A stretch of 64,000 nt of DNA from Calditrichales bacterium (GTDB lineage Bacteria; Calditrichota; Calditrichia; Calditrichales; J004): contig OZ254086.1 in the NCBI GenBank assembly GCA_965267575.1, positions 2,528,001 through 2,592,000 on the forward strand, read 5' to 3'. Positions 1 through 10,084 of the stretch are shown here, piece after piece (position 1 is the first letter of the stretch; every line of letters begins with the position of its first letter). The position numbers and the translations under genes are program-made. The notes below the pieces were generated by a model, which saw only the letters and a program-made list of their open reading frames with translations, made no database searches and was not told the DNA's origin.

Positions 1-2
1 CC

Positions 3-539
3 ACAATTGAAATTGACGACTGGTTATTGAGAGTCCTGTTCTACTCCGATGCACCCGCCATATACGAAATTTTTTCCGATCCACGGGTTACCCGTTACTG
101 GGGACACGAGAGGCTGGAAAATGTGAAGCAGGCTGAAAAATTCATTCGCCAAACGCACGAAGGACTGGAGACGGAAAAGATGCTGGAATGGGGCATTGTC
201 CATAAAGAAGACAACCGTGTCATCGGCGTCTGCTCATTTTGCGACTGGGACCGTTCCGCGCGTTCCGCGGAGATTGGTTTCGCTTTGCATCGCGGTTTGT
301 GGGGTAAGGGTATTATGGGTCGCATTCTGCCGGAATTCATCCGCTTTGGATTTAAACAATATGACCTGCAGCGTTTAATAGCCGATGTTGATCCCCGAAA
401 CCGCTCTTCCATAAGCCTTTTGGAAAAACTGGGCTTCAGGCTCATTTCCAAAGAAAAGGGCACTATGCTTGTGAACAATGAGCTGCAGGATTCGCATTAT
501 TATGTTCTCCAACAGGATCAATTTGGTAGCCCGCTATGA
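3..539 (+). CDS. RimJ/RimL-type GNAT N-acetyltransferase (5' end outside window)
   Basis: Motifs AEIGFALHRGLWGKG and N..S..LLEKLGF; the frame stays open upstream of position 27 to the window edge. Confidence 0.85.
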   Translation, partial: TIEIDDWLLRVLFYSDAPAIYEIFSDPRVTRYWGHERLENVKQAEKFIRQTHEGLETEKMLEWGIVHKEDNRVIGVCSFCDWDRSARSAEIGFALHRGLWGKGIMGRILPEFIRFGFKQYDLQRLIADVDPRNRSSISLLEKLGFRLISKEKGTMLVNNELQDSHYYVLQQDQFGSPL

Positions 540-880
540 AGATCAATGTGAAAAGGGTTTATGAAGAATCAACCACGCAGGATTGTTTTCGTATTTTGGT
601 AGACCGTGTCTGGCCGCGCGGCATGACCAAAGAGCAGGTTAATGCCGACCTGTGGCTGAAAGAGGCGGCCCCGTCGACAGAACTGAGAAAATGGTTCGAT
701 CATGATCGAGCCAAATGGGACGAGTTTAAGAAGCGCTATTTTATGGAATTGGATCAGAAACGGGATGTGCTTAAAAAACTGGAACATGCAATGGAAGAAG
801 GGCCGGTCACACTGCTTTTTTCCGCAAAGGATGTGGAATATAACCAGGCCGTTGCCTTGCGCGAATATTTATTGTCATAA
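536..880 (+). CDS. DUF488/YeaO family protein
   Basis: KRVYE..., RILVDRVWPRG, WLKEAAPSTELRKWF, NQAVAL motifs. Confidence 0.9.
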   Translation: MKINVKRVYEESTTQDCFRILVDRVWPRGMTKEQVNADLWLKEAAPSTELRKWFDHDRAKWDEFKKRYFMELDQKRDVLKKLEHAMEEGPVTLLFSAKDVEYNQAVALREYLLS

Positions 881-917
881 CAAAAGCACATTTTGCCGGA
901 GGTTTCGCGGGCTGCAA

Positions 918-1394
918 TTACGCTGCAAAAAAGCGGTTTACACCATCTTCCACCGCCGGCGAAAGACCTTTACCCGGTTGAATCGTTTCCGGTTGGATGA
1001 CGAGAATCTTAATCCTTAGCTCTGGTTGTTCGTTAAGGAGATATTTGTTGATCAGTTCGATAGAATAGGCGTGCGTACTGATGTCTGTAGCCGCAATCTT
1101 TTCTTCCGGCAACCAGGAAACGGTACCCGGGATGCCGCCCCAAAAAGCAGCATCGATAAATACGACCACATCCGCTTTGCTGTTCAGTATCTCTGCAAGA
1201 TGGTTTTCCGGTGTAAGCCCCGCCTCGATAAAAACGGCGGTTTTAAAGAGTCGGCTTTTTTGCAATCGCTTTAGTAAAATAAGGCCGGCACCGTCATCCC
1301 CGCGATAGTAATTTCCCAGCCCGATAAAGACGATTTTTGAGGCCTTATAATGCTTTAAGCTGTCCACCATATCGCTAAAATTCATCTGCGACAA
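918..1394 (-). CDS. hycI: Hydrogenase maturation endopeptidase (HycI-like)
   Basis: GLGNYYRGDDGAG, FIDAA and STH motifs; last gene of the hydrogenase operon. Confidence 0.85.
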   Translation of the reverse strand: MSQMNFSDMVDSLKHYKASKIVFIGLGNYYRGDDGAGLILLKRLQKSRLFKTAVFIEAGLTPENHLAEILNSKADVVVFIDAAFWGGIPGTVSWLPEEKIAATDISTHAYSIELINKYLLNEQPELRIKILVIQPETIQPGKGLSPAVEDGVNRFFAA

Positions 1395-1977
1395 CCACCT
1401 TTTGGCGACATTTGGCGCAGGTGATCTTCATGTAATCTTCACGCCGTACGGTTTCCTTTGGCAGCGACGGCTCTGTTTCGAAGAATTCTTGCTGGAGCAT
1501 CATTATCAAAGTGGGGTGGGCGTATGCTTTGGCGCCGAGACGTTGGCGAACCCAATTGAGATGGTCTCTTGTGGCAACAACCTCATTGCAGATTTCACAG
1601 ACCAGCAGCTCTTTTTCCACACTTTCAAAATTCTCAGGGGCGTTCAGGTCCATCGTCGAAAGGCTGTGCAGCTTTGTCGGCGCGATACCGTCAACAGTGA
1701 TGCATTTTTCATGGCACTGCCCGCAGTGGATGCAGGAGTTATAATTCAAAAGGAGCTTGCGTGTTTTGTGTTCGCGATCGTCGATTACTTCTATGGCGCC
1801 GCTGGGGCAGACCTGCGCGCAGGTGCCGCAACCTACACAGATTTCCGGATTATAGCGCGGGAAGCCGCGGAACTCATCCAGCGGCTCGAAAGGTGTTTTG
1901 GGAAATTTGGTTGTATAAGGCGCTGTAAAAAATGAGGTTAACGCTTCTTTTATCTCTCGTAATTTAGGCAGATACAT
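1375..1977 (-). CDS. NuoI/HycF-like 4Fe-4S subunit of membrane-bound hydrogenase
   Basis: PYTTKFP..FRGFP, CVGCGTCAQVCP, CIHCGQCHEKC, plus extra CxxC pairs. Confidence 0.85.
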   Translation of the reverse strand: MYLPKLREIKEALTSFFTAPYTTKFPKTPFEPLDEFRGFPRYNPEICVGCGTCAQVCPSGAIEVIDDREHKTRKLLLNYNSCIHCGQCHEKCITVDGIAPTKLHSLSTMDLNAPENFESVEKELLVCEICNEVVATRDHLNWVRQRLGAKAYAHPTLIMMLQQEFFETEPSLPKETVRREDYMKITCAKCRQKVVVADEF

Positions 1978-2216
1978 CTTTATTCTCCCTCTAATCCTTC
2001 AAACATCATGATCATGATCGTGATCGTGCTCATGATCCTATTTCTTTAGTGGATTCCCGCCTTCGCAGGAATGACAATGAAGCTATTTTTCTATGCTTAG
2101 TATTGTCGTTTCTACATCGAGTTTTACGTTCTTTGCCATTCCCGGTTTGACCAGGAATCCATATCAAAGCCGGATTGTCTTTGCTAACCAACGGACTCTC
2201 AGGCATGTCAGTGGCT

Positions 2217-2561
2217 TTATACTGTTTCTTTCTCTTCCTCTTCGTATTGGTCCACGATTGTCTTTTTGCTCAAGGCGATCCCGCTGCGATGGGCTGCGCG
2301 GGAAATGGCATGCGCCGCAACCGGTGACGTGAGAAAAACAAATATGATCCCCAGAACGGCTTTAAAACCAAAAGCTGAAAAACCTTTGATCAAAAAGACG
2401 CCAAGGAGTATGCCGGCCGTGCCGAACGTAACGCACTTCGTTGCCGCCTGCAGCCGGTTGTAGACATCCGGAAGACGCACCAGGCCCAGTACGCCAAAAA
2501 AATCAAAAGCGATTCCGATATAGATCAGGACCATGCCAATGGTAACGTTCAGATCAGTCAT
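2217..2561 (-). CDS. mnhG: Mrp/Mnh antiporter subunit G
   Basis: GLVRLPDVYNRLQAATK and TSPVAAHAISRAA; start moved to ATG 2561 (MTDLNV), overlapping the upstream stop. Confidence 0.88.
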   Translation of the reverse strand: MTDLNVTIGMVLIYIGIAFDFFGVLGLVRLPDVYNRLQAATKCVTFGTAGILLGVFLIKGFSAFGFKAVLGIIFVFLTSPVAAHAISRAAHRSGIALSKKTIVDQYEEEEKETV

Positions 2562-2892
2562 TAAGGTGCCTCCCTTCCAGTATCTTGGAAAACGCCAATG
2601 AGGCCACAAAACTGAGCAGCGCCCAGATCAGCGCCACATCCATAAAGAAATCTTTGTCATAAAAAAGGCCAACGATGGCCAGCATGCCGATGATCAGGAT
2701 ACCCAGTATTTCAACAGAAACGATGCGATCGGCCGCGCTAGGCCCAAAGATCACGCGGAACAAAACAAATAACGCGCAGAACAGGCTGACATTGATCAGC
2801 CTGAGCAGAATATCTCCTTCGAAAATGAAGAAATTGTAATAGAAAAACGCGGCTATAATAATCAGGCCGACGGTCCAGCTTAGATATCTCAT
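2554..2892 (-). CDS. mnhF: Mrp/Mnh antiporter subunit F
   Basis: RVIFGPSAADRIV and DVALIWALLSFVASL. Confidence 0.85.
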   Translation of the reverse strand: MRYLSWTVGLIIIAAFFYYNFFIFEGDILLRLINVSLFCALFVLFRVIFGPSAADRIVSVEILGILIIGMLAIVGLFYDKDFFMDVALIWALLSFVASLAFSKILEGRHLND

Positions 2893-3389
2893 TCCAGCAC
2901 CTCCCTCAAAACCGGCTCAAAGCGGCCACCGATTTCCTTGCTGCTTGCCTCGATGCCGAAATCTTTTACATCAATACAGTGGATATAGAGTGCGCTCTTT
3001 GCCGGGTTGATGTCAACAGTTAATGTACCCGGCGTGAGCGTGATGGAGTTGGCCAGCATCATCAGGGCGGCGTCTTTGGTGAGCTTTGTATCGATTTTGA
3101 CAATCCCGGGCCGGATCGGCAAACCGGGGTGGATAACAATATAAGCCACGTGGATATTGGCTTTGAGCATTTCCCACAAAAACCGCAATAGGTACCATAC
3201 GCCATGGGCTATTCTTTTAAACAGCGGGTTTTTCTTTTTGGTCGTTATCAAAAGATGCCCGCCGATGATGGTGGCGATGGCCGCTACAGCTATCCCGGCA
3301 ATAAGCTCCTGGATATCGCTGATACCGGTGAGGGCAAACCAGGTGAGGAACGAAAGCACAAAAACAATTATCCGGCTTCGTGTTTTCAT
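2889..3389 (-). CDS. mnhE: Mrp/Mnh antiporter subunit E
   Basis: RPGIV, LANSITLTPGTLTVD, LYIHCID. Confidence 0.9.
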   Translation of the reverse strand: MKTRSRIIVFVLSFLTWFALTGISDIQELIAGIAVAAIATIIGGHLLITTKKKNPLFKRIAHGVWYLLRFLWEMLKANIHVAYIVIHPGLPIRPGIVKIDTKLTKDAALMMLANSITLTPGTLTVDINPAKSALYIHCIDVKDFGIEASSKEIGGRFEPVLREVLE

Positions 3390-3390
3390 A

Positions 3391-4866
3391 TTATCTCCCT
3401 GTTATCAGTTGGATATAGTTGCTTTTGTTCAGTATGACGTCGGCAACAGGATCGAGCACGACTTCGCGCACACCGGGCAATACCAGCAGGCTGGTGAGCA
3501 GGCACAGGGCGGCCAGGCCTACCATCGCCGATTTCATGCGCCAGTCGATAACATTTTCCTTGGCATCCAGTGTCTTTTCTCCGCGGAAGCCGTAGCGCTG
3601 CACTTTCATGAAAGAGGCCAGGGTAAGAACGCTTCCGGCTACCGCCAGGAACGCATAGAGCGGTTCAGCGGCCTGGATGCAGGCGATGATAATGATCAGC
3701 TTGCTGAAAAATCCGTTGAATGGCGGTATGCCGGCAATCGAAAGCGACGCAATCATCGATGTGTTGGCGGTAACCGGCAGCGCTTTGCTCAGGTTGCCCA
3801 TGTGCTTCAGATCGCGTGTGCCCAGGGCCACCTCAACGGAGCCGGCGTTGAGAAAAAGCAATCCTTTAAAAAGGGCGTGGTTAAACAAATGGAACACCGC
3901 GCCGGCAATGCCCAGCGGGGTGGCTAAACCCATGCCCAGCAGAATGTAGCCGATCTGGCTGATGCTGTGATAGGCCAGCAGCCGTTTTAAATCCCACTGC
4001 GCAATGGCCATGACAACGCCAACGATAATCGAGATAGCGCCAAGGACCAGGAAAATACGCAAAAAGATTTCCGGCGCGCCCAGCACGTTGAAGAAAATGC
4101 GCATCAGCACGTATATCCCCAGCGCTTTTATCAGAACACCGGAGAGCATGGCCGAGATCGGGGCAGGCGCTGATGAGTGCGCGTCCGGCAGCCAGGCATG
4201 GAAAGGCATAGCCGCTGCCTTTAAGCCGAACCCGGCCATAAACAGGCCTCCCACCCAGTAGAGAATTACAGGGTTGGATTGTGCCAGCATTTCACCGATG
4301 TGGCCCATGCTTAGCGTGGACGTGGCGCTGTAGGTGACGGCGATACCGACTAAAACCAGTGTGGACGAGACGGCACCCATGACGGCATACTTAAAGGAAG
4401 CTTCAAATTCTTCGGCGCGGCTGCCGTAGGCCACCAGCGCAAAAGCGGCGATCAGCGCAATCTCCATAAAAACGAACAGGTTAAACAGGTCACCTGTGAG
4501 GATAACGCCATTCATGCCGGCGATAAGCAGCATAAAGAGCGCATAGTAACGCCAGTCCATTGCCAGGTGCCGGATGTACTGCACGGAAAAAAGCAACGAG
4601 GCCAGTGAGATGATGCCCACGGTGATCAGCATAAATGCCGAAAACGCGTCCAGTACAAGAGCGATACCCCAGGGCACTTCCCAGCCGCTCATCGAATAAG
4701 TGAGCGTTTCCCCGTTTAGTGAAAAGAAGCCAACCACGGAGAGTACGAGCAGCGCCAGCACCGCTATAAATGAAAGCCACACCGCTAATACATCTTTTTT
4801 GCCGGCAATAAGGGCAATAAGGAAAGCGGCCAGCAGCGGGATTATGACGAATCCGGGAAGTATCAT
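3391..4866 (-). CDS. mnhD: MrpD/MbhH-type proton-conducting membrane subunit
   Basis: DLFNLFVFMEI, PFHAWLPDAHSSAPAPISAMLSG, KRLLAYHSISQIGY, GIPPFNGFFSK. Confidence 0.9.
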   Translation of the reverse strand: MILPGFVIIPLLAAFLIALIAGKKDVLAVWLSFIAVLALLVLSVVGFFSLNGETLTYSMSGWEVPWGIALVLDAFSAFMLITVGIISLASLLFSVQYIRHLAMDWRYYALFMLLIAGMNGVILTGDLFNLFVFMEIALIAAFALVAYGSRAEEFEASFKYAVMGAVSSTLVLVGIAVTYSATSTLSMGHIGEMLAQSNPVILYWVGGLFMAGFGLKAAAMPFHAWLPDAHSSAPAPISAMLSGVLIKALGIYVLMRIFFNVLGAPEIFLRIFLVLGAISIIVGVVMAIAQWDLKRLLAYHSISQIGYILLGMGLATPLGIAGAVFHLFNHALFKGLLFLNAGSVEVALGTRDLKHMGNLSKALPVTANTSMIASLSIAGIPPFNGFFSKLIIIIACIQAAEPLYAFLAVAGSVLTLASFMKVQRYGFRGEKTLDAKENVIDWRMKSAMVGLAALCLLTSLLVLPGVREVVLDPVADVILNKSNYIQLITGR

Positions 4867-5201
4867 CCTGACAGCCTCCTTATTTTTGTGATATCAAAGG
4901 TTTTGTATTTCTGGAAAACACGCACGGCAATGGCCACAAGCAGGGCGGTAATACCCAGCTCGATCACGATGGATGTGAGCACCAGCGCCTGCGGCAGCGG
5001 ATCCACCATGGCTACATTCTCCGCGCCCGGCGTAAGGATCGGGTAAACGGCGCCGGCGCGGTATGCGAACATGATCAGAAACAGGTTGGCCGAGTAGCCC
5101 ATGATGGTCAGCGAGAGAATGATCTTGATCAGGTCGCGTTTTGTGAGCACGCCGTATAGCCCGACCAGGAAAAGGGCAAAGCATAGCAGGTAAACCGTCA
5201 T
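4863..5201 (-). CDS. mnhC: Mrp/Mnh antiporter subunit C
   Basis: VDPLPQALVLTSIVI motif. Confidence 0.9.
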   Translation of the reverse strand: MTVYLLCFALFLVGLYGVLTKRDLIKIILSLTIMGYSANLFLIMFAYRAGAVYPILTPGAENVAMVDPLPQALVLTSIVIELGITALLVAIAVRVFQKYKTFDITKIRRLSG

Positions 5202-5647
5202 GATCCTTCTCCTTTCTCCAGGCGCAGTTCGGAAAGCGCCCAGATCACCAGGAACAGTGAAACGCTCACTTTAATGCCGATAAAGATATTGAGCAGCGGC
5301 ATGGTGCCGGCGCTCAGCAGATGAAACAGCGAGCCGCGGTCCAGAAAATTCATCAGGAAAGCGCCGCCAAGGGCAATACCCAGAATCCCGATAATCAAAA
5401 ACAGCAAGATGGCCGACGCTTCGTATTCATGCAGGAAGTCAACGTTGAGCCAGGTGGCTGTATATTTTTTCCCGTAAGCCAGCATCACGCTTAAAAAGGC
5501 CAGCGCCAGGATTACGCCGCCGCCAAAACCGCCGCCGGGCGTAAGGTGGCCGTGCAAAACGATGTACATGCCATAGACGAGGATAATCCAGACCATGACG
5601 CGCGTAACCGTTTTAACAATCAGAGACATACCGTGTTTGTCATGCAT
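5198..5647 (-). CDS. mnhB: MnhB-domain subunit
   Basis: HGHLTPGGGFGGG motif; start moved to ATG 5647 behind AAGGAGG. Confidence 0.88.
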   Translation of the reverse strand: MHDKHGMSLIVKTVTRVMVWIILVYGMYIVLHGHLTPGGGFGGGVILALAFLSVMLAYGKKYTATWLNVDFLHEYEASAILLFLIIGILGIALGGAFLMNFLDRGSLFHLLSAGTMPLLNIFIGIKVSVSLFLVIWALSELRLEKGEGS

Positions 5648-6191
5648 GCGGCACCTCCTTTTTAACAATCTGCTTGCGGATGCGCAGTACGGTGAGGCTG
5701 CCGATTATCGCGGTAAACAGGATTGTTATTTCGCCCAGTGTGTCGTAGGCGCGATAGTCCAGGATGACGGCAGCGACGAGGTTGGCTGCGCCGGTTTCGG
5801 TTGCGCCAACCTGCAGGTAACGCGCCGAGGTTGTCAGCAGCGGATGGCCGAATTCCGGCAGCGCGCGGAAGACCGGTACGCTGAGCATAAATACGGCCAG
5901 CAGACAGATCAGCGTCACGCCGACCAGTATGCGGTTCACTTTTGAGACCGATTCCACGTGGTAGTTTTTTTTTACAAAGGCGATTACAAGGATGATCAGC
6001 GCGAAGATCTCAAAGACAAACTGCACGATGGCCAGATCCGGGGCCTGCAGAAAAAGGAAAGCGACGGACACGCCAAGCCCGACCACGCCAATGGAGATGA
6101 TCGCCGACAGTATATCGCGGATTTCCAGCGCCACAATCGACGCCAGGATCATAAAAGCCAGTATAAAGATAAGCCAGGTTTCAACAGGCAT
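5640..6191 (-). CDS. Fused DUF4040 (MbhD-like) and MbhE-like membrane subunit
   Basis: LQAPDLAIVQ and NLVAAVILDYRAYDTLGE motifs. Confidence 0.85.
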   Translation of the reverse strand: MPVETWLIFILAFMILASIVALEIRDILSAIISIGVVGLGVSVAFLFLQAPDLAIVQFVFEIFALIILVIAFVKKNYHVESVSKVNRILVGVTLICLLAVFMLSVPVFRALPEFGHPLLTTSARYLQVGATETGAANLVAAVILDYRAYDTLGEITILFTAIIGSLTVLRIRKQIVKKEVPHA

Positions 6192-6203
6192 AGCTGCCTC
6201 CTT

Positions 6204-8015
6204 TTATATCAGCCAGATAAAAATGAGCACGCCCAGAACGATGTAAAGCAGGTAGAGCTGCAGTTGTCCCGGATGGGCGCGACGAAAAACGCGGGAGAGC
6301 GCAAACGTTGAATTGCCGCCCAGGTCGTAGACGTCGAACTTGCGCTTGTCGGCGGCATCAAAAAAGGCTTTCAGCGGAAACATCCTGCGTACTTCGTTAT
6401 AAAAAGCCGTGCCGCTGACGCGGAATTGCTCTTCCGCTTCCTTACCCCCGATGTAGATGTCATCAAAACGCACCTTGCGCACGATGTAATAGACGGCGAT
6501 ACCCAGCCCAAAAGCCAGCAGCAGCATCAGCGTCACCAGGGACGGATCATATAGACCGATAAACCCCACAGCCGTCCAGTTGTAGCTGTTGAGCACGCTT
6601 TCCAGGAACAGGTTAATCGGTATCTGCACGGCGAAGATGCCAAAGACAATACATAGCAGCGAGAGTCCGCCCAAAGCCAGCAACTGGTTAAAAGGCGCTT
6701 CGCCGATTGTCTTAAACTTTGCGCGCACGCGTCCCAGGAAAATGGCGTGCAGAAACTTGAGGAAGCTGGCCAGGGTGAGCGCGCTGCCGAACAGGGCCAG
6801 GATAATGCAGACCAGCAGCCAGATCTGGAAGCCGCCGGACATGGCCGCGGTTTTCTCCAGCAGCCCCTGGTAGATCATCCATTTGGAGAAGAAGCCGTTA
6901 AAAGGCGGAATGCCGGAAATGGATAACGCGCCAACCAGCGCCGCGATAAAGGTTAGCGGCATAAATTTGGCCATGCCGCCCAGCTCATCCAGGTCGTTGC
7001 TGCCGGTTTTTTTCTCCACCGCGCCCAGGCTGAGAAAGAGATTGGTTTTGTAGATGATATGGTTCACCATGTGAAAAAGACCACCGGCAAAAGCCAGCGG
7101 ATTGAGGCTGGCCACACCCATGATCATGTAGCCCACCTGGCTAACCGCGTGGTAGCCCAGCAGGCGCCGACCGTTATGCTGGTTCATGGCCATCATTACA
7201 GCCGTGATTACGGTAAGCGCGCCGAGCGTAATAACGATCATCTGCGCCGTAACAGTTACGCTGAACAGCGAGATCATCACGCGGGCCAGAAGGTAGATAC
7301 CCAGAAGCTTATCCAGCGAGGCCGGCAGAAAAGCGGCGCTCTCCACCGGGGCCTCCTTGCTGAAATCCGGTACCCAGGTGTGGAAGGGGAAACCTCCGGC
7401 TTTGGTAAAGGCGGCAATCAGCAAAAAGATAAAAGCCGTGATGGCATAGCCGCCGTCCAGCGTGATGTTTGTCGCTGCCAGCGACCAGTCTGCCGCCGGC
7501 TGCAGCACCCACATTATGGCCAGCCCCATAATCAGAAAGGCGTCGCTGCCACCCACGAGGATAAATGTTTTCTTGGCCATTTGCGGCGTCTCACTGCTGC
7601 GGCCCAGCAGAGCAAACAGGTAAAGTGCCAGCCCGGCCAGGCCCCACATTATCAGAAAGACGATCATATGGTCGCTGAGCACCGTGGCGTTGCACACGGC
7701 CACCGTCAGTGGGAAAAGAATCATAAACTGTTTTTCCACCGCGGCGCTTACACCTTTCAGCGCGAAAATAAAAATCAGCAGGCTGATAAGCTGGATGAAC
7801 AGCAGGGTAAACAAGGCCAGGGCATCCATTTTAAAAAGCAGGTAGCCGAATGCCTCCAGTGTTTGCGGCGCGGCCCCATAAAGCGGGACCATCAGCAGCA
7901 TGCCGCCAAGCAGACCGGCCAGCGTAAGGATTTTGCGAAGCAGCAGAGGCAGGAATGTGTTCAGTATGCCAATGCCCAATGGCAGGACGATCAGCCAAAT
8001 CAGGATATTATCCAT
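6204..8015 (-). CDS. NuoL/HyfB-like proton-translocating subunit
   Basis: PFHTWVP, RRLLGYHAVSQVGY, GIPPFNGFFSKW, long C-terminal helix region. Confidence 0.88.
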   Translation of the reverse strand: MDNILIWLIVLPLGIGILNTFLPLLLRKILTLAGLLGGMLLMVPLYGAAPQTLEAFGYLLFKMDALALFTLLFIQLISLLIFIFALKGVSAAVEKQFMILFPLTVAVCNATVLSDHMIVFLIMWGLAGLALYLFALLGRSSETPQMAKKTFILVGGSDAFLIMGLAIMWVLQPAADWSLAATNITLDGGYAITAFIFLLIAAFTKAGGFPFHTWVPDFSKEAPVESAAFLPASLDKLLGIYLLARVMISLFSVTVTAQMIVITLGALTVITAVMMAMNQHNGRRLLGYHAVSQVGYMIMGVASLNPLAFAGGLFHMVNHIIYKTNLFLSLGAVEKKTGSNDLDELGGMAKFMPLTFIAALVGALSISGIPPFNGFFSKWMIYQGLLEKTAAMSGGFQIWLLVCIILALFGSALTLASFLKFLHAIFLGRVRAKFKTIGEAPFNQLLALGGLSLLCIVFGIFAVQIPINLFLESVLNSYNWTAVGFIGLYDPSLVTLMLLLAFGLGIAVYYIVRKVRFDDIYIGGKEAEEQFRVSGTAFYNEVRRMFPLKAFFDAADKRKFDVYDLGGNSTFALSRVFRRAHPGQLQLYLLYIVLGVLIFIWLI

Positions 8016-9192
8016 GCATCTGCCTCCGGATTAGTTTTGTTTTTTCCCTGGAAAGCTCCAGCAGGCTTAAGCCAAGCGGATCGCGCCGCCCGTCCACCAC
8101 GCGGATGGAGCGTTCCGTGCAGCAGTAGCAGGGGTCAACCGCGGCCAGCGTGATCAGCGCGTCGGCAATCGGGATGCCCTTGCAGGACGCGCTGAAGGTG
8201 GGAATGTTTACATAGCTGGGCGCGCGCACTTTATGGCGTTGCGGCCGGTTAGTGCCATCGGAGCGGATGTAGTGGAAGACCTCACCGCGCGGTGCCTCGT
8301 AACGGCCAATCCCCTCACCAATGCTTATTTCACGCACATTGTTAAGGATGGGACCTTTGACCGTTTCCAGCTTGCTCAGACATTGCCGGATGATCTTTGC
8401 CGACTCCAGTGTTTCCAGCACCCGCAGCACCAGTTTGTCATAAACATCGCCGTTTTGCATAACGATCTCCTCGAAGTCAACCCAGCCGTAGGCATCATTT
8501 GGCTCATCCTTGCGCACGTCGATAGCAACACCGGAAGCGCGCGCCGTGGGACCAACCGCGCAATAGGCGATCGCGTCTTTTTTGCTCAGCACGCCAACGC
8601 CTTTTAAGCGCGTGTGCAGTACAGGATCGTCGTTAGCCGCGGAGGCGATCATGGCCAGTTTGCCCTCCAACTCGTCGAGGGTTTTGTGCAGCTCTTTAAT
8701 CCGCTCCGTGTCCACGTCTTTTGCAACACCGCCGACGCGCAGCATGCCATAATGGTTGCGGTTGCCGGAGATGATCTCAAACATATCCAGGATCGGCTCG
8801 CGGTATTTCCAGGCCCACATCCACAGCGTGTCATAACCGATAAAGTGCCCGGCCAGACCAATCCACAGCAGGTGGCTGTGCACCCGTTCCAGTTCGCCGA
8901 TCAGCGTGCGGATATAGGCGGCGCGTTCCGGGATCTCAATATTGTCCACATCTTCCACGGCATGCACACAGGCCAAAGGGTGCGACGTGGAGCAAATGCC
9001 GCAGATGCGCTCTACCAGGTAGATCGATTGCGTAAAGGTTTTGCGTTCCGAGATCAGTTCGTGCCCGCGGTGCATCCAGCCAATATCCAGGTCGATATCG
9101 GTTACGGTCTCGCCGTCCACCGTCAACGTAAAATATTCCGCCTCTTCCAGGAGAGGGTGATAGGGCCCCAAAGGGACAACGTTTGAGCTCAT
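8008..9192 (-). CDS. Group 4 [NiFe]-hydrogenase large subunit
   Basis: L1 ERICGICSTSH and L2 DPCYCCTER with all four Ni-Fe Cys, EAPRGE; C-terminal extension after R, consistent with the adjacent maturation protease. Confidence 0.92.
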   Translation of the reverse strand: MSSNVVPLGPYHPLLEEAEYFTLTVDGETVTDIDLDIGWMHRGHELISERKTFTQSIYLVERICGICSTSHPLACVHAVEDVDNIEIPERAAYIRTLIGELERVHSHLLWIGLAGHFIGYDTLWMWAWKYREPILDMFEIISGNRNHYGMLRVGGVAKDVDTERIKELHKTLDELEGKLAMIASAANDDPVLHTRLKGVGVLSKKDAIAYCAVGPTARASGVAIDVRKDEPNDAYGWVDFEEIVMQNGDVYDKLVLRVLETLESAKIIRQCLSKLETVKGPILNNVREISIGEGIGRYEAPRGEVFHYIRSDGTNRPQRHKVRAPSYVNIPTFSASCKGIPIADALITLAAVDPCYCCTERSIRVVDGRRDPLGLSLLELSREKTKLIRRQMHG

Positions 9193-9671
9193 TTTTCTTC
9201 TCCTGCTTTTGGCCGGCCATTCTCGCTTTGAGTGGCTTTTTTCCGTACGATACGGAATGGCTGCCCCAAACCTTCACCATGTGGGTGATCCTTGGTTAAT
9301 AATGGCTCGGGCCTTGGGTGTCCTTCAAAGATAATTCCCCAATATTCCGCCATCTCGCGTTCAATCCACTCGGCGCCCGTAACGATCGGCGTTATCGAAG
9401 GCATGCGCGGATCGCTCTTGTCGGTCATCAGGATACGCGGGCAGAAGTATTGGCCGGAGGCATCATGGGAAAAATGGTAGATCACCTCGATGCCCCTGTA
9501 TACTTCCTGCGCCGTGGCCGTGGAGAGTCGGCAGCCCATTTCATTGAACAGGTAGTCCGCCACGCTGCTTATATCCGCCGCTTTTACATCAAACCAGGCG
9601 CGGCGCGGTTTAAGCGTGATTGCATTAATGCGGCCGGACATCTCTTTGAAAAAGCGGTCTCTGTCAGGCAT
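9189..9671 (-). CDS. NuoC-like (30 kDa) hydrogenase subunit
   Basis: SITPIVTGAEWIEREMAEYWGIIFEGHP. Confidence 0.88.
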   Translation of the reverse strand: MPDRDRFFKEMSGRINAITLKPRRAWFDVKAADISSVADYLFNEMGCRLSTATAQEVYRGIEVIYHFSHDASGQYFCPRILMTDKSDPRMPSITPIVTGAEWIEREMAEYWGIIFEGHPRPEPLLTKDHPHGEGLGQPFRIVRKKATQSENGRPKAGEEK

Positions 9672-10083
9672 TGAGCACCCCCATCAGTTTGGCGATTCCC
9701 TCAATCATAGCTTCCGGTTTGGGTGGGCAGCCGGGGATGTACATATCCACTGGTATCGTGTTGTGACCGTTGTGGGTAACGTTGTGGCTTTGCTTAAAGC
9801 AGCAGCCGCTTGCCGGGCACGTGCCCACGCCTACCACGAACAAAGGCCGCGGCGCCTGCTCATAAATCTTTCGTACTGCCGGGGCAACTTTGTCATTAAT
9901 AACGCCGGAAACCAGCAGCACATCGGCGTGGCGCACAGAGCCGACGAGCTTTATGCCAAATCTTTCAAGATCGTATCGGGGCGTCAGCAAATCGAGAATC
10001 TCGATATCGCAGTTATTGCAGGGCGAAGCGCTCACATGAAATACCCAGATCGATTTTGCCAGACGCTTGTTGTACCAGCCCAT
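9664..10083 (-). CDS. NuoB-like hydrogenase small subunit
   Basis: CNNCDIE, RYDLERFG, RHADVLLVSG, GTC, PVDMYIPGCPPKPE. Confidence 0.92.
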   Translation of the reverse strand: MGWYNKRLAKSIWVFHVSASPCNNCDIEILDLLTPRYDLERFGIKLVGSVRHADVLLVSGVINDKVAPAVRKIYEQAPRPLFVVGVGTCPASGCCFKQSHNVTHNGHNTIPVDMYIPGCPPKPEAMIEGIAKLMGVLNA

Positions 10084-10084
10084 A

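Noticed and set aside
8008..9192. Large subunit as Mbx/Mbs (non-hydrogenase) or NuoD
   Set aside because: Both CxxC Ni-binding motifs, a cleavable C-terminal extension and a maturation protease are present.
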